Source: Octopus vulgaris (lineage: Eukaryota). Taken from it: a DNA stretch of 64,000 nt. The stretch is taken from contig OX597826.1 of NCBI GenBank assembly GCA_951406725.2, positions 65,472,001-65,536,000 of the forward strand. The letters run 5' to 3'. This document shows, in pieces, positions 22,014 through 33,910 of this stretch. Below the pieces are notes generated by a model. That model had not been told where the DNA came from. It ran no database searches and saw only the letters and a program-made list of their open reading frames with translations. How positions within the stretch are numbered: the stretch's first letter is position 1; every line of letters begins with the position of its first letter. A program made the translations under genes and the position numbers.

Positions 22014-22218
22014 TAATTTAGGGTATCTAAGAGATACCACCACGCTGGAAATAGCAGCCAAAACTTGACTCTAAAACCACATTAAATGTAATTTTTTTGC
22101 TAGTTTATTTTGTCTCTTGTCTTCTCTCCTGGTGCTGTATCAACATTTAATGTGGTTTTAGAGTCAAGTTTTGGCTGCTATTTCCAGCGTGGTGGTATAT
22201 CTTAGATACCCTAAATTA
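22014..22218. repeat. 76-bp inverted repeat with 53-bp spacer
   Basis: Arms 22014-22089 and 22143-22218, one mismatch. Confidence 0.9.
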
Positions 22219-22499
22219 TAATTTTACACATATATATGTATATATATATATATATGGTAAATGAAAGACAGAAGAGGGAATATACAAGAATTTATTATTA
22301 ATCATGACACATCTCACGGGATCTATTCAATGTACTGTTCTGTGATGGTAAGATTAACAAAAAAGTACACCATCTGGTGAGAGATAAATATTATTTGATA
22401 AACACAATTTATATTTTTATGTGTTTCATGTGATGCAAACATAAGAGACAGCATTTGTTAATATGTCTGGTGCCTTCATAGCATAACAGAAGTTACAGT

Positions 22500-24500
22500 A
22501 ATTATGCCAGATGCAAACTTGGAAACAGTACAACCACAAAGACTTCTGGCACTGCATAAAAGGTGTGTTCCTGGCGAATTTCTCCTTCAAACAATCAATT
22601 TAATGCATCCAACTTATGATTCACTGCAGTTCCCATTGCTATTTCTATTTGATAATAGGGCATGGAGAGTCAACTTAACTTTTGACATTGGAAATAAGAG
22701 TCATACAATATCATAGATGGAGCACCAGCTAAGTTGTTTCCATGTAGGATATACTACACTGATTTCCTTGAATTTTGCACATGGAGTAATACTGAGAAAA
22801 TGTGGCATCTCAGAAAAATTAATACATATTCAATTGGGTATTTCTACTTAGTTTGCCAAAAGAACAGGAGCAATTCTGAGAGATTTATTGCATCGTATTC
22901 CTGGAACTACAGCATTTGAAGATATAAGAACTATTAATGGTGTAGTTTGTGACACTTACAAAGCAGCTACAATATAACTGAACTTAGCACATAATGACCA
23001 TGAATACTATCAAACTATGGACTTTACAAATGTTTCAGCAACTCCATAACAGTCATGAAGACCTTTCTGCTCTGACAAATTATTTACAGTATTTGAAAGA
23101 CAACTTTCTGAAGATCAAATGACTACTTTAGAAGTTGAAGATATCAATGACAACATACATTACAAAAAAAAATTTAACTTATTTTGAAAGAAAATGGGTC
23201 ACCATTAAACAGTCCCCCACTTAATATACCAAACATGAATATTTTCAACATCAGTACAGGCAACTCATTCTTTCTGCAAGATCTTAGAAATTTTCTGCTG
23301 ACTGAACAAAAAAGAGTTTGTCTGATGAAAATGTCATAAAATGAAATTGTGGTCAACAAGCAACATTCTAGATATTGTTTCATCTTTATAGAAACATGTA
23401 AAAAATATTCAGCTGACAGAAAATATGAAATTAAAATCATGTGCAGAGAATTCAGAAAACCAAAACAACCAAGTTTATACTTCATGTAGGAAATGGGGGA
23501 AATTATTATACCCAGAGATGATTTCAATGACTTCATTTCTTTGGTTTTCAATAGAAATCTCATACAGAAATGCATTGCAGAGCCAGAAAGATTTTCAAAC
23601 ATTTTTGTTTTAGCACCCAAAAATATTGATGTTGATCATTGAGGAAATATTGATACTTTTTCCGGGAGATGAAAAGGTTCTCTTTAATGACAATCAACGC
23701 TTGCATCAGGATGACCCTTCAGAATTCACTACAAAATACTTGAATATGCTAAATATTTCAGATTTACATCACACATATTAAAATTAAAGATTAATGCAGT
23801 AATTATTCTCTTAAATACAATTGACCAAGCTTATGGCATTTGTAATGGTACATTCAAGACAGGAAAAAGTCATTAAGGCAAAAATTATAACTGAAGGTCC
23901 ACACCACATAAAAACTATATTTATATCAAAAGTTGTGTGGAGGTGCAATGGCCCAGTGGTTAGGGCAGCGGACTCAGGGTTGTAGGATCGCAGTTTCGAT
24001 TCCCAGACCGGGCGTTGTGAGTGTTTATTGAGCAAAAACACCTAAAGCTCCAGCAGGGGGTAGTGGTGATCCCTGCTGTACTCTTCCGCCACACCTTTCT
24101 CTCACTCTTTCTTCTGTTGGCCTGCTCGCTTTGCCAGCGGGGTGACGTCATTTGAAGGCTAAAACAATGCGAAGCACATTGTGACCAGCGATGTGTAGCA
24201 ACATCTGATAGCCTGGTCAGTCATGTGGTCACGTGATATCAAAAGTTCAATAGCTGAAGAGATACCATTTATATTAATTAGACAAGAGTTTCTTATTAAA
24301 TTAGCAATGGCAATGGCAATTAATAAAAGACAAGGACAAACATTTTAAAAGCTTTCTTTATATTTATCAACACCTGTATTCACACAAGGACAACGATATG
24401 TTGCCTTCTCTATAGTGGACACAGAGATTCCAGGATTGAACATATATATACCAAACAAAAAACATTCCACAATGAATGTTGTTTACAAGAAGTTCTCATT
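22500..24500 (+). pseudogene. Decayed, internally deleted Helitron Rep/PIF1-helicase gene, interrupted by a SINE
   Basis: Manual translation gives YDSLQFPLLF; LLHRIPGTTAFEDIRTINGVVCDTYKAA; LAPKNIDVD; ILKLKINAVIILLNTIDQAYGICNGT; RQEFLIKLAMAMAINKRQGQTF..YLSTPVFTQGQRYVAFS. These match Helitron RepHel/PIF1 motifs, with many stops and frameshifts. Confidence 0.85.
23935..24235 (+). mobile_element. tRNA-derived SINE (family B head, tail type 1) with 12-bp TSD
   Basis: TGGCCCAGTGG A box, GTTTCGATTCC B box; TSD ATATCAAAAGTT at 23923-23934 and 24236-24247. Confidence 0.88.
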
Positions 24501-24687
24501 TAGAAAAACCTTCTGACAATGAAGCCAGTAATACAGATTTCAATCTCACACAACAGCAAATAGTATTTATCTACACATCAGGCTTAATTACAAAATATGG
24601 AAACAATAGAACAATAAAGCATGTTGTGAATTTGAAGTTTGAAAGTGGTTTAGCTTATTGTTAGCTGATATAATGCAAGGTGAACTA

Positions 24688-25964
24688 TCAGGCTGAGTAA
24701 AAAGTAAGCAACATTTTGAAACATGAAATTCATCACAATATATTTCATCAAAGCGGAAATTTTATTCATCAAAGTAAATACCATTACAATTAATACACTT
24801 TTGCCAAATTACAAGTTTCTTTATTCCAGTAACATAAAAATCTGCAGTTCTGGAGCTGATGAACTCTTTGAATACACTTTCAGCGTTGGTTTGATTTTTG
24901 AACTCCTCTCGCAGGAAACCATCAAGGTGCTTGAAAAAGTGGTAGTCGGTAGGAGAAAGATCTGGGGAATAAGCTGGGTGGGGAAGAACTTCATAGCCAA
25001 GTTCCCTCAACTTCTGGAGTGTCATTAGTGAAATGTGTGGTTGAGCATTGTCATGAAGAATGATTAACCCTCTTCTGTTGACCAGTCTGGGATGAAGGAG
25101 TAGCAGTTTTTGGTTCATTTTGACAATTTCATGGCAATATGTTTCTGCAGTAATGGTTTTTCTGGGTTTTAAGAAGTTATAGTGAAGGAATCCAGCAGTA
25201 CACCACCAAACAGTCACCATAATCTTCTTTTTGAAGAGCTCGGGTTTAAGGAAGGTTTTCAGTGCTTCATTTTGGTCCAATCACTGCAAAGAACATTTTT
25301 TATTGTTGTACAGAATCCACTTTCCATCACAAGTTACAATACAGCTAAAAAATGGATCAGCCTGGTTACAGAGAAGTGACGAGCAAATTTCATATCTGCA
25401 CATTTTCTGATTTTCATTCAAATCGTGTGGTACCCATTTGTCAAGCTCTTTTGATTTTCCGATCACAAGTAAATGGTTGCAGGCAGTTTTCTGGCTAACT
25501 GGAAGTTCTTTTGCCAGTTCTTAAGTGGTTTTAAATGGATCTTTCTCAATGACGATCTTTAATTGACTGTCATCAATGTCAGATGGGCGTCCACTATGCT
25601 CATAATCTTCAAGGGCTCAGGTCTCCACTGTAAAATCATTTAAATCATTTTTGAGCAGACCACTCAATGGTCATTTCCTTACCAAATGTTTCATTGATAT
25701 TGCAAGCAGTTTCAGCTGTTTTACATCCTTTTTTGGAGTTGAATAGCAAAATTGCTCAAATATTGCACTTTGATAGTTCCATTTCAGATGATTGTAACAA
25801 CGGTAAAAAATATCAATGTTAATTTATTGATGCATTTGGGTAAGTCTGTGTCTGTATTATCAGACAATTTTTTTTTTAATGGTTAAAAAAATTTCAAATC
25901 TCTGCAAAAATCCAGTATAAACTCTTCATGTTTCAAAATATTGCTTACTTTTTATTCAACCCAA
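24688..25964 (-). mobile_element. Full-length (1277-bp) decayed mariner transposon
   Basis: ~40-bp TIRs (tcaggctgagtaaaaagtaagcaacattttgaaacatgaa versus its near reverse complement at 25925-25964) flanked by TA. Confidence 0.9.
24762..25782 (-). pseudogene. mariner DD34D transposase pseudogene
   Basis: WVPHDL, IVTCDGKW, HDNAQPH-(34 aa)-YSPDLSPTDYHFF; in-frame stops and frameshifts. Confidence 0.9.
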
Positions 25965-26879
25965 TATAAACTATTCAAACATGTTGGGTATATAAACTTC
26001 ACTTTATCCTCCATTCTCTCTTTTTTACCTTTCTTTCCCAACAGGGGTTGCCATGTCTCCCTATCTTCCTATCTGGCTCTCTCCCTTCCTTTCTTGCCTT
26101 TCTTCCCTAACTGGGTTACCATATATGTATGCCCGCCACAACAAGTCACCTTTATTCCTCTTTTATACTTTAACCTTTCCCCACTCAAGGGTCTTGGTCT
26201 TGAAAGTTATTTGGTGACCCCACCAGTGCTGATGATACGTTAAAAACACCCCATACACTCTATAAAGTGGTTGGCTTAGGAGGATCATATCACAGATAGC
26301 TGGATCTGTCCCACACGTGACAGCAGGCGTTTGACATAAACCCACAGGTCACTGCTTTAATATTACTAATAATAATCCTTTCTACTATAGGCACAAGGCC
26401 TGAAATTGATTATTTCTAGTATTGTGCAATTAAGCAGATGTATTCAAAGCATTGCTATTACTAGTATGCAGATTGTTTGTGTACATGACCTGTTTAAGTT
26501 TGGAGTTATTATAGTATGAAATTTTTTATCATAACCACCTCTTATAAGCACTTGTTTATAATACTCAGCATGGTTTTGGAAGATAGTTTTGTTAGCAGAA
26601 AAGTTAGAGACTCTAATAGATATGTTTTTAATGATGCTATTCCTAAATGAGAGTGGATGGCTAGAAGAACTATGGATATAATGTAAGTTTTCATTGGGCT
26701 TATGGTAGGGACAGAATGTTTGTGAACTTAAGTCTACAGTTAGGTCAAGGAAGTTAATTGTAGTAGTGCTTTCTTCAAAAGAGATAGTTAAGTCAAAATT
26801 TTGGAAAAATTAGTGTAGTTTCTCCCTCAGTCTTACAAGGGGCAAAGAAGAGTCATTAACCACAGTAAGGAGAGTATCA

Positions 26880-27925
26880 TCTTGATACAGGCCTCCCCTA
26901 ATATATGATATCTCTTGAGTGTGGGCCGAGTCAGATGGTCATTTGGAAGGAATTGAAAATGGGCACTGCAGACGAGATTCCACATATCCTGAATGAGATA
27001 TTCCTGGAGCATGGCCCTGTGGACAAATTGCTGATGGACAACAGCACTGCATTTCATTCGAACATACTGAAGGTGATGCTTGATAAGTGGGACATACGCC
27101 GTTTCTTCAGAGTGGCATACAAGCCGAGTGGAAATGGGATCATGGAAAGACATTGTTAAACAATTAAGGCCATGGTGGAGACATGGTGCACCTCACTGCT
27201 GGAAGCAGTATTCTGGTACAATATGTTGTCCCAATCAGGACAGGCCAAAGAATCCATGTCGCACAATGATATTCAGATATGAATAGTGGCATCTGAGTAA
27301 ACCATCAGAATGCCATGCAGATGAGAGAAGGCCTATCTTCCTGAAGCAAGGAAATGAAGTCTGGGTCAAGCTCCCGAAGGTACACTGCACATCCCAGTGG
27401 AACAGAGGAACAGTGATGGCTGTTAATTCAAAAAATAATGTTTCTCTGGATGGAATTCCGTGTCACGTCTTGGATGCTTGTAGAATAGTCACTTCATTGG
27501 ACAACAAAAGTGGAGGAGAGAAAGAGAACAAGACTCCCTCACTATGGAGATCACAGCATGTGAAGCATCCACCCAGGTGGATGGTAGATTTTGACATGGA
27601 ATAAAGTGAGGAGGTGATCTTTGAGATTGCGGTGGTGGGGGAAGGATGACATGAGCTGGAAGGAAAGGGTTGTGATGTCAACAGTGAAGGGGCCTGACCA
27701 GAACTGGAAATGGGAGAGACGAAATAAGGGAAGCAAGACTAGGGTCATCCTCTTTCAGCTTGGAGCACTCACCATGAACAAACGTGAACAAAGCGAGCCT
27801 GCGGAATTGGTAGTAGCAGCTGCTATTGTTAGGTGTGACAGTAGGGCATGAATTTTGGACTTAGTACAGCTGGACAGCCAACAACGAGAAGGTAGGTGAA
27901 CCGTATCTTATTTCCCCGCATTACA
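26880..27925 (+). mobile_element. Ty3/gypsy-like remnant: integrase core and C-terminus, polypurine tract and probable 3' LTR
   Basis: LLMDNSTAF-(35 aa)-GNGIMERH D35E spacing; LWRSQHVKHPPRWMVDF C-terminal motif; purine run 27603-27614, then a TG...CA segment at 27615-27925 (LTR limits tentative). Confidence 0.7.
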
Positions 27926-28387
27926 GTTCCCTCGTACAATAGATTTAATTGCTTGTTTTTTGGATGGAGTATGTAAAATACAAAAGCAAGTGGAACGGGA
28001 TTTGAAATCAGAAAGATAAAGTAAATAACAAAATATGTCAGTATACTTAACTATTTCATATATCTTTCTTTTCTTTTGGGTCGTCCATTTTAATGGGGTC
28101 TACATTAAGAGAGGAACTGTATATGTGAAAGTGAATGGTAGTAGGTGAGTGTATGAAAGCACGTATATATGAGTGTCAGAAGTATTGTTGGAAGTATGAA
28201 AGAAAAAATTGATTCTGGCAGGATTTGATCTAAAAAATTGAGAAGCCGAAACAAATACAGCAAGGTATTTTGTTTGAAGCTCTGATGACTTTGCCAAACA
28301 CCACCATCTTCTACTTATACATAAATTAAATATCAATAGTAAAAGGAAATCATGATTGTGTGACAATCATTCCATTCCCATTAACAT

Positions 28388-28617
28388 TGGGAATGTCAAT
28401 GTGTAGGTTTTTTATTTTTAATTATTTGGTAAATACCAAAAATGAAACTCTTGGCTCATGAGTCAATGTAATATACACACACACACACACACACATATAT
28501 ATATGGGAATGTCAATGTGTAGCTTTTTTATTTTTAATTATTTGGTAAATACCAAAAATGAAACTCTTGGCTCATGAGTCAATGTAATATACACACACAC
28601 ACACACATATATATATA
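28388..28617 (+). repeat. Tandem duplication, ~116-bp unit x2
   Basis: TGGGAATGTCAATGTG...(CA)n(TA)n starts at 28388 and again at 28504. Confidence 0.85.
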
Positions 28618-29689
28618 TTTATATGTATATGTATTTTGGGGTTAATAATCTTAATCTTTAGTTACAGTTTCTCATTCAAACTACATAATAGGCAGAATTA
28701 TCAGATTAAGACAGTAGGGTGTTTTGAGGGAGATGTGGCTGCTATTTCTGCCAGGTCTAGCTACCATGTAGAGGTCTCTCCCTCATTGGCTCATACATAC
28801 ATATATACATAAAATCTAAATAAAATACTTTAACTATCATCAAATACAAAAGCCAAAGTCCATGCAGTGTCATGGGCCAAAAATATTTCCAACTTCCTGC
28901 ATAATGCGAGCCCAGAGCAATCTCTTATCTCTTACACTATTTCAGTATTATGTCTCTATTGTAATGTGAGATAATATTTTCAGTTTGAAAGAAGTCTGTT
29001 TTATACATAAATATATTCCTTATGCATTCCAAAACCGAGTTACAGATTTTGACGTATAGGGTATCAAAAGATTCAGTACTATTTCAGCTACAAATTAAAC
29101 TTAATTTCCATTCACATAATTGCATTTCAAAAATTTTACATTATAATCTTTTCCATAAATCAACTATCATAAGCATGTTATACGATGGCGCACATTTTCT
29201 ATATATGTGTGTACCTTATAAGTCATTAATCATCATGACACACACCTTCACTCACTCTTTCTCTCTTTTTCACGCTCTTTCTCTCTCACACACATATGCA
29301 CACGCACATGTGCACACACACATCCATTTCATATAGGTGTACATACATCTTTCACTTTCTCTGTTCTTTTCGCTTTCTCTTCTTTCAATTTCTGCTCTCT
29401 TCAAATAAATTTTTACAGAATGAGCGGGAGAAACACAGAAAAGATGTAATCTCTCTAGAAACAAGTACAAAGCAAGGAGGATTGTAGAAAACCGAAGGCG
29501 CAAGTCTGAAGAGAGATGAGATTTTCTCAAGATCAACAAATGCATGTTGCAGCACTTCATGCTGGATCATTAAATCAATGTTTTAAAGATTAGACAGAGG
29601 TCCAGTAGAACAGCTCTCAAAAACAGACTATGTACAAATTCATTCTTCACAACTCCTGAAGCTGTTTTCAGATATGATCCATCCTATTC

Positions 29690-30471
29690 TTATAAAAATG
29701 ATAACTCTGTCCAAACTGGTGTGCTAAACACAAACTGTCATTTATGTAGAGCTTTAAAATTTTCAAATGAAACAAATGATATGTGCTGCTCAAGCGGCCA
29801 GGTAACATGGCTAGCACTGCCAGCTCCTTCTCAGCCTCTTATGAATCTTTTAGAAGGCACTTCCATCCAGTCAAAGGATTTTCTGAACAATATCAGACAA
29901 TATAACTCTGCATTTCAAATGACATTGTTTGGTGCATCTAAAAAGATAGATAAAAAATGAATTTACGCTGAGATCAAAGTTCAAGGGCAAGTCTGTCATT
30001 GCCCAGTATTTACTCCATAAATGTTTTGTTCTCTATGCTGCACTTTCCCATATCACATGTTTCCACATAATTGGTTCCCTATTACCAACAAATGAACAAC
30101 AACAGTTCCTCCAAATTTACTTCATGAGTAATGTAGGACAACAAACCGGACACAAGTGTCAAAATTTCATATGATGGGTCGTGTTAGACACAGCGCCAAC
30201 TGCTGCAAGGGAGAGTATATCCAGACAGCTTTTCGGTGCATTCAAAAATCACATAACCCCCTACCTCCAATTTTCCATGACAGGTTAGGGCCTGAAATAC
30301 TCCAAACAGACGCATAGCATGTTGCTTAGTCAAATTAACCCAGTATTTACTCCACAAATGTTTTGTTCTCTATGCTGCACTTTCCCATATCACTTGTTTC
30401 CACATAATTGTAATATATTAAATACAAGCTATGCCATCTTAATCTCGAGCAATGCCAGGTATCTCTGCTAG
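29690..30471 (+). mobile_element. Internally deleted Helitron: N-terminal RepHel remnant plus 3' terminus
   Basis: CHLCRALKF..ETNDMCCSSG..FLNNIRQYNSAFQMTLFG..KVQGQVCH..IGSLLP..FLQIYF; ends CTCGAGCAATGCCAGG..TGCTAG then T. The 5' end probably lies further upstream (~28.8 kb) and is not defined. Confidence 0.75.
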
Positions 30472-30531
30472 TATATATTTATATATCATCATTGTTTAAT
30501 GTCCGCTTTCCATGCTAGCATGGGTTGGACG

Positions 30532-30534
<3 letters not shown>

Positions 30535-30584
<50 letters not shown>

Positions 30585-30635
30585 ACATATAAATATATTT
30601 ATTTATTTATTTATATATATATATATTTATATATA

Positions 30636-30668
<33 letters not shown>

Positions 30669-30671
30669 TTA

Positions 30672-30712
<41 letters not shown>

Positions 30713-30790
30713 TATATATTTATTTATATATATATATTTATATATATATAATATATAAATATATACATATATACATACATATATGTACAT
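30535..30790. repeat. (TA)n/(TTTA)n microsatellite
   Basis: Read directly. Confidence 0.9.
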
Positions 30791-31022
30791 ACCTACATCT
30801 ATATGTATATATACATGCATATATGGAAACAGGACATCAAAAAAACGTTGAACACAATGAGAAACGAAAACATAAAAACAAAAACATGGAAACGAACTTC
30901 TTTTCAAACAACAAAAAAGCAGAGTACAAGACATACAACACAAGGAATATTCCCCTTCAGCTTTCCCTGTTTCGTCTACTCCGCGTTTCAAAGGTATGTA
31001 TGTATGTATGTATGTATGTATG

Positions 31023-31079
<57 letters not shown>

Positions 31080-31139
31080 CAAAATTAGAAAATGGAGAAA
31101 CATACTTAAATCAATCAGAGAGAGAGAGAGAGAGAATGA

Positions 31140-31530
31140 GGTGCAGGAGTGGCTGTGTGGTAAGAAGCTTGCTTACCAACCACATGGCTCCGGGTTCAAT
31201 CCCACAGCATGGCAACTTGGGCAAGTGTCTTCTACTATAGCCTCAGGCCGACCAAAGCCTTCTGAGTGGATTTGGTAGAGGGAAACTGAAAGAAGCCCGT
31301 CATACATATGTGTGTGTGTACGTATATATTTATGTGTCTGTGTTTGTCCCCCACCATCGCTTGAGAACTGATACTAGTGTGTTTACGTCCCCATAACTTA
31401 GCGGTTCGGCAAAAGTGACTAATAGAATAAGTACTAGGCTTACAAAGTATAAGTCCTGGGGGCGATTTTTTTGACTAAAGGTGGTGCTCCAACATGGCTG
31501 CAGCCAAATGACTGAAACAAATAAAAGAAT
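31140..31530 (+). mobile_element. tRNA-derived SINE (family A), second copy
   Basis: GGTGCAGGAGTGGCTGTGTGG...GGTTCAATCCC; homologous along its length to the reverse complement of 19634-20039. Confidence 0.85.
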
Positions 31531-31535
31531 ATATA

Positions 31536-32412
31536 TTGGGTCATCCCCTAACTAATGTGTTTTTTTTAAATTATTTCTTTTATTTTCCAAAATTAAGATA
31601 AACAAAGTTCTTTTTTAATCTAAAATATACACTCCATTTTCTACTATTCTCTTCCATCTACCTGGTAGACTTGCAAAGCGCCTCTTCCAAAATTCACTTG
31701 TCCATGACAAAAAATAATCCTCCAGTACTGTTCTGACCTCATCTACAGATTCATATTTTTTCTGTCCAAATGACTTTGAAGATTGCACAATAAATGAGAA
31801 GCAAATGGGGTAATGTCCGGCGAATATGGTGGTTAGGGTATCGTTTCCCATTCAAACTGTCATCCTCGGAAGAACCCTTTTCATCTTGAAACCAAATTTG
31901 GTCATTTTTCTTATAGCACTGACATGAATGAGTGGTTGAATGACCAAATCCAAGCTTCTCTGCAAGTTCTTCAACAGTTACGATGGGATTTTGTTCTACT
32001 AGGGTTTGCAGGACGTCCTCGCCATGCTTTACAAATTTTCCAGGACGGGGTTTGTCTTCTAGGCTTTAATTTCTGGCTTGGAATTTCTGGAACCACTATT
32101 GACACTGGCTTATACTTATTGTCTGATCCCCATATACTGCTTTAATATTTCTCACACTTTCCATTACGTTGTTGCTTTTATTGAATTCATAAAGCAAAAT
32201 ATGGTGAACATGCTCCATTTTCCCTTCCATTATAGCTTTGCAAAAATAAGTTAAAATCGAACTGCACTCTTCAAAACTTGCACTAAGAATAAGCAGAAGT
32301 TAAAATTACTACCTGGTTTTTTAGTAAATTGATGCAGGTTATTTATCCCGTTCCCCTCCAACTTTTAGTTCAATGAATTGAAAAAAACTGCATTATTTAT
32401 GGAATGACCCTA
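31536..32412 (-). mobile_element. Internally deleted mariner element (second family)
   Basis: Imperfect TIRs ttgggtcatcccctaactaatg / cattatttatggaatgacccta in a TA context; minus-strand remnants MEHVHHILLYEFNK..WFQKF..LEDKPRPG and EFWKRRFASLPGRWKRIVENGVY. Confidence 0.75.
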
Positions 32413-32426
32413 TATATATATATATA

Positions 32427-32822
32427 CTAGCAGTATCGCCCAGCGTTGCTCGGGTTTGTAAGGGAAATAACTATATAAGCATTTTTAGAGAGTTATAAAC
32501 AAAAAATAGCAAAAAAATGCATTAAAAATGGAAAAGAAATGATGGTCAATTTTTTTTTAAATCGTTGACTCATCGTAGACATTTTTAGAGAGTTACTTCC
32601 CTTATATAATAGCGTAAAAATGCATTAAAATAGAAAAAAATGATGGTAAATTATTTTTAAAATCGTAGACTCATCGTAGACGCGCGCTAATACCCAGAAG
32701 GGCTCGATATGAATCACGACTATAAGATACCCGGTTTTGGTTAAACTGCACCGCAAAATGTGGGAGTAGTTAGGAATCTAAATCGTAGGAGACAGACACA
32801 CAACTTCTTTTATATATAAAGA
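32427..32822 (-). mobile_element. Complete 396-bp non-autonomous Helitron
   Basis: Minus strand begins A|TCTTTATATATAAAAG, ends with hairpin CCCGAGCAACGCTGGG then TGCTAG|T; A/T target with no TSD. Confidence 0.85.
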
Positions 32823-32927
32823 TATTGTTAATCCAAACATGAAAACACAAAGAGAAAACAAAACAACGCGAGGACGTGGAACAAATATAGTATTATTGGA
32901 CACTCAGGAAGGAAGGGAAGAAGGAGG

Positions 32928-32962
32928 GTTTAACGTTTCGAGCGGAGCTCTTCGTCAGAAAC
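32928..32962 (-). ncRNA. Minimal type-I hammerhead ribozyme (Penelope-like-element type)
   Basis: GUUU CUGACGA A GAGC UCC GCUC GAA ACGU U AAAC: stem I 4 bp, conserved core, stem II 4 bp, palindromic loopless stem III, GUU cleavage triplet. Confidence 0.72.
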
Positions 32963-33011
32963 ATATGAAGAGGAAAGATCCAGAGAAGGGAAGACGGAGG
33001 GGGAAAGAGCA

Positions 33012-33085
<74 letters not shown>

Positions 33086-33516
33086 CAAACACTGAAATTC
33101 CTAAAAAAAAAAGACTAGCAATGCATCGTTTTAGGTCTCGGAAAAATGTAAGTATTTGTTCGGCAAGTTCCGTATAAAATTTTTTATTTCTTTAATGTTT
33201 ATTTTTTGCAGCTGAACAGTGAAAAACACGGTCGCACACACGCATTCATTGTCTTTCATTTGCAATATCGACTTGATCAGTGACATACAGACATGAATAT
33301 ACATGTTTTATGTTTTCACGAATCGCTTATATTTTTGTGTATATATGTGCATGTATGTATATTTCTCTGTGTATGTATGTGTGTGCGTGTAGAAAGAGAG
33401 TGTGAGAGCTGAAAAAGGAAGTAAAATAATAAAAATAATTGCAGCGTGGATGGTGTTTGTAAGCCATTTAAGAAACACACAAAAACCGTTAGATTCACTT
33501 CGACATATAAATTTAA

Positions 33517-33567
33517 TTTGTCAAAATATTTTCGTCGCTTTGAGACCGCGACCTGTTCACTGACAAA
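33517..33567 (-). ncRNA. Minimal hammerhead-like fold with G3:C8 core variant
   Basis: UUUGUCA GUGAACA G GUCGC GGUCUCAAA GCGAC GAA AAUAUU U UGACAAA: stem I 7 bp, stem II 5 bp, palindromic stem III. Confidence 0.6.
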
Positions 33568-33910
33568 ATTCCGTGTTTTACGGAAATTACCGAATACTTT
33601 CACATTTCCGAGATCAAAAACGATGGATTGCCAAAGGGCAATGGCAGACACAAACACACACACGCGTGTGTTATTCGCCCATGTATGTGTGTGCATTGTT
33701 GTCGCCTATATTGCTTGACAACTTGAGATTAGCTTTCTTGGGTTCCTCCAAGAAAGATGCACTTATGGAAATATTGACCTCTCTGGCATACACCAAAGTT
33801 TTATAAGGCGTTTCATTTTCTCATTTTACCAGAAGGCAAGAAACATCGCCCAGGTGCATACTCAATGAAGTGTATGGATGCAGCATATTTCAAAACACCG
33901 TTGCTGCTTG

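Noticed and set aside
23939-24012. tRNA gene
   Set aside because: A and B boxes are present but there is no complete cloverleaf, and the sequence continues into a SINE body bounded by a TSD; the same applies to the other SINE heads
30825-30993. Third hammerhead in a Penelope-like fragment
   Set aside because: CTGAAG and GAAAC pieces are present on the minus strand but not in an order that closes stems I-III
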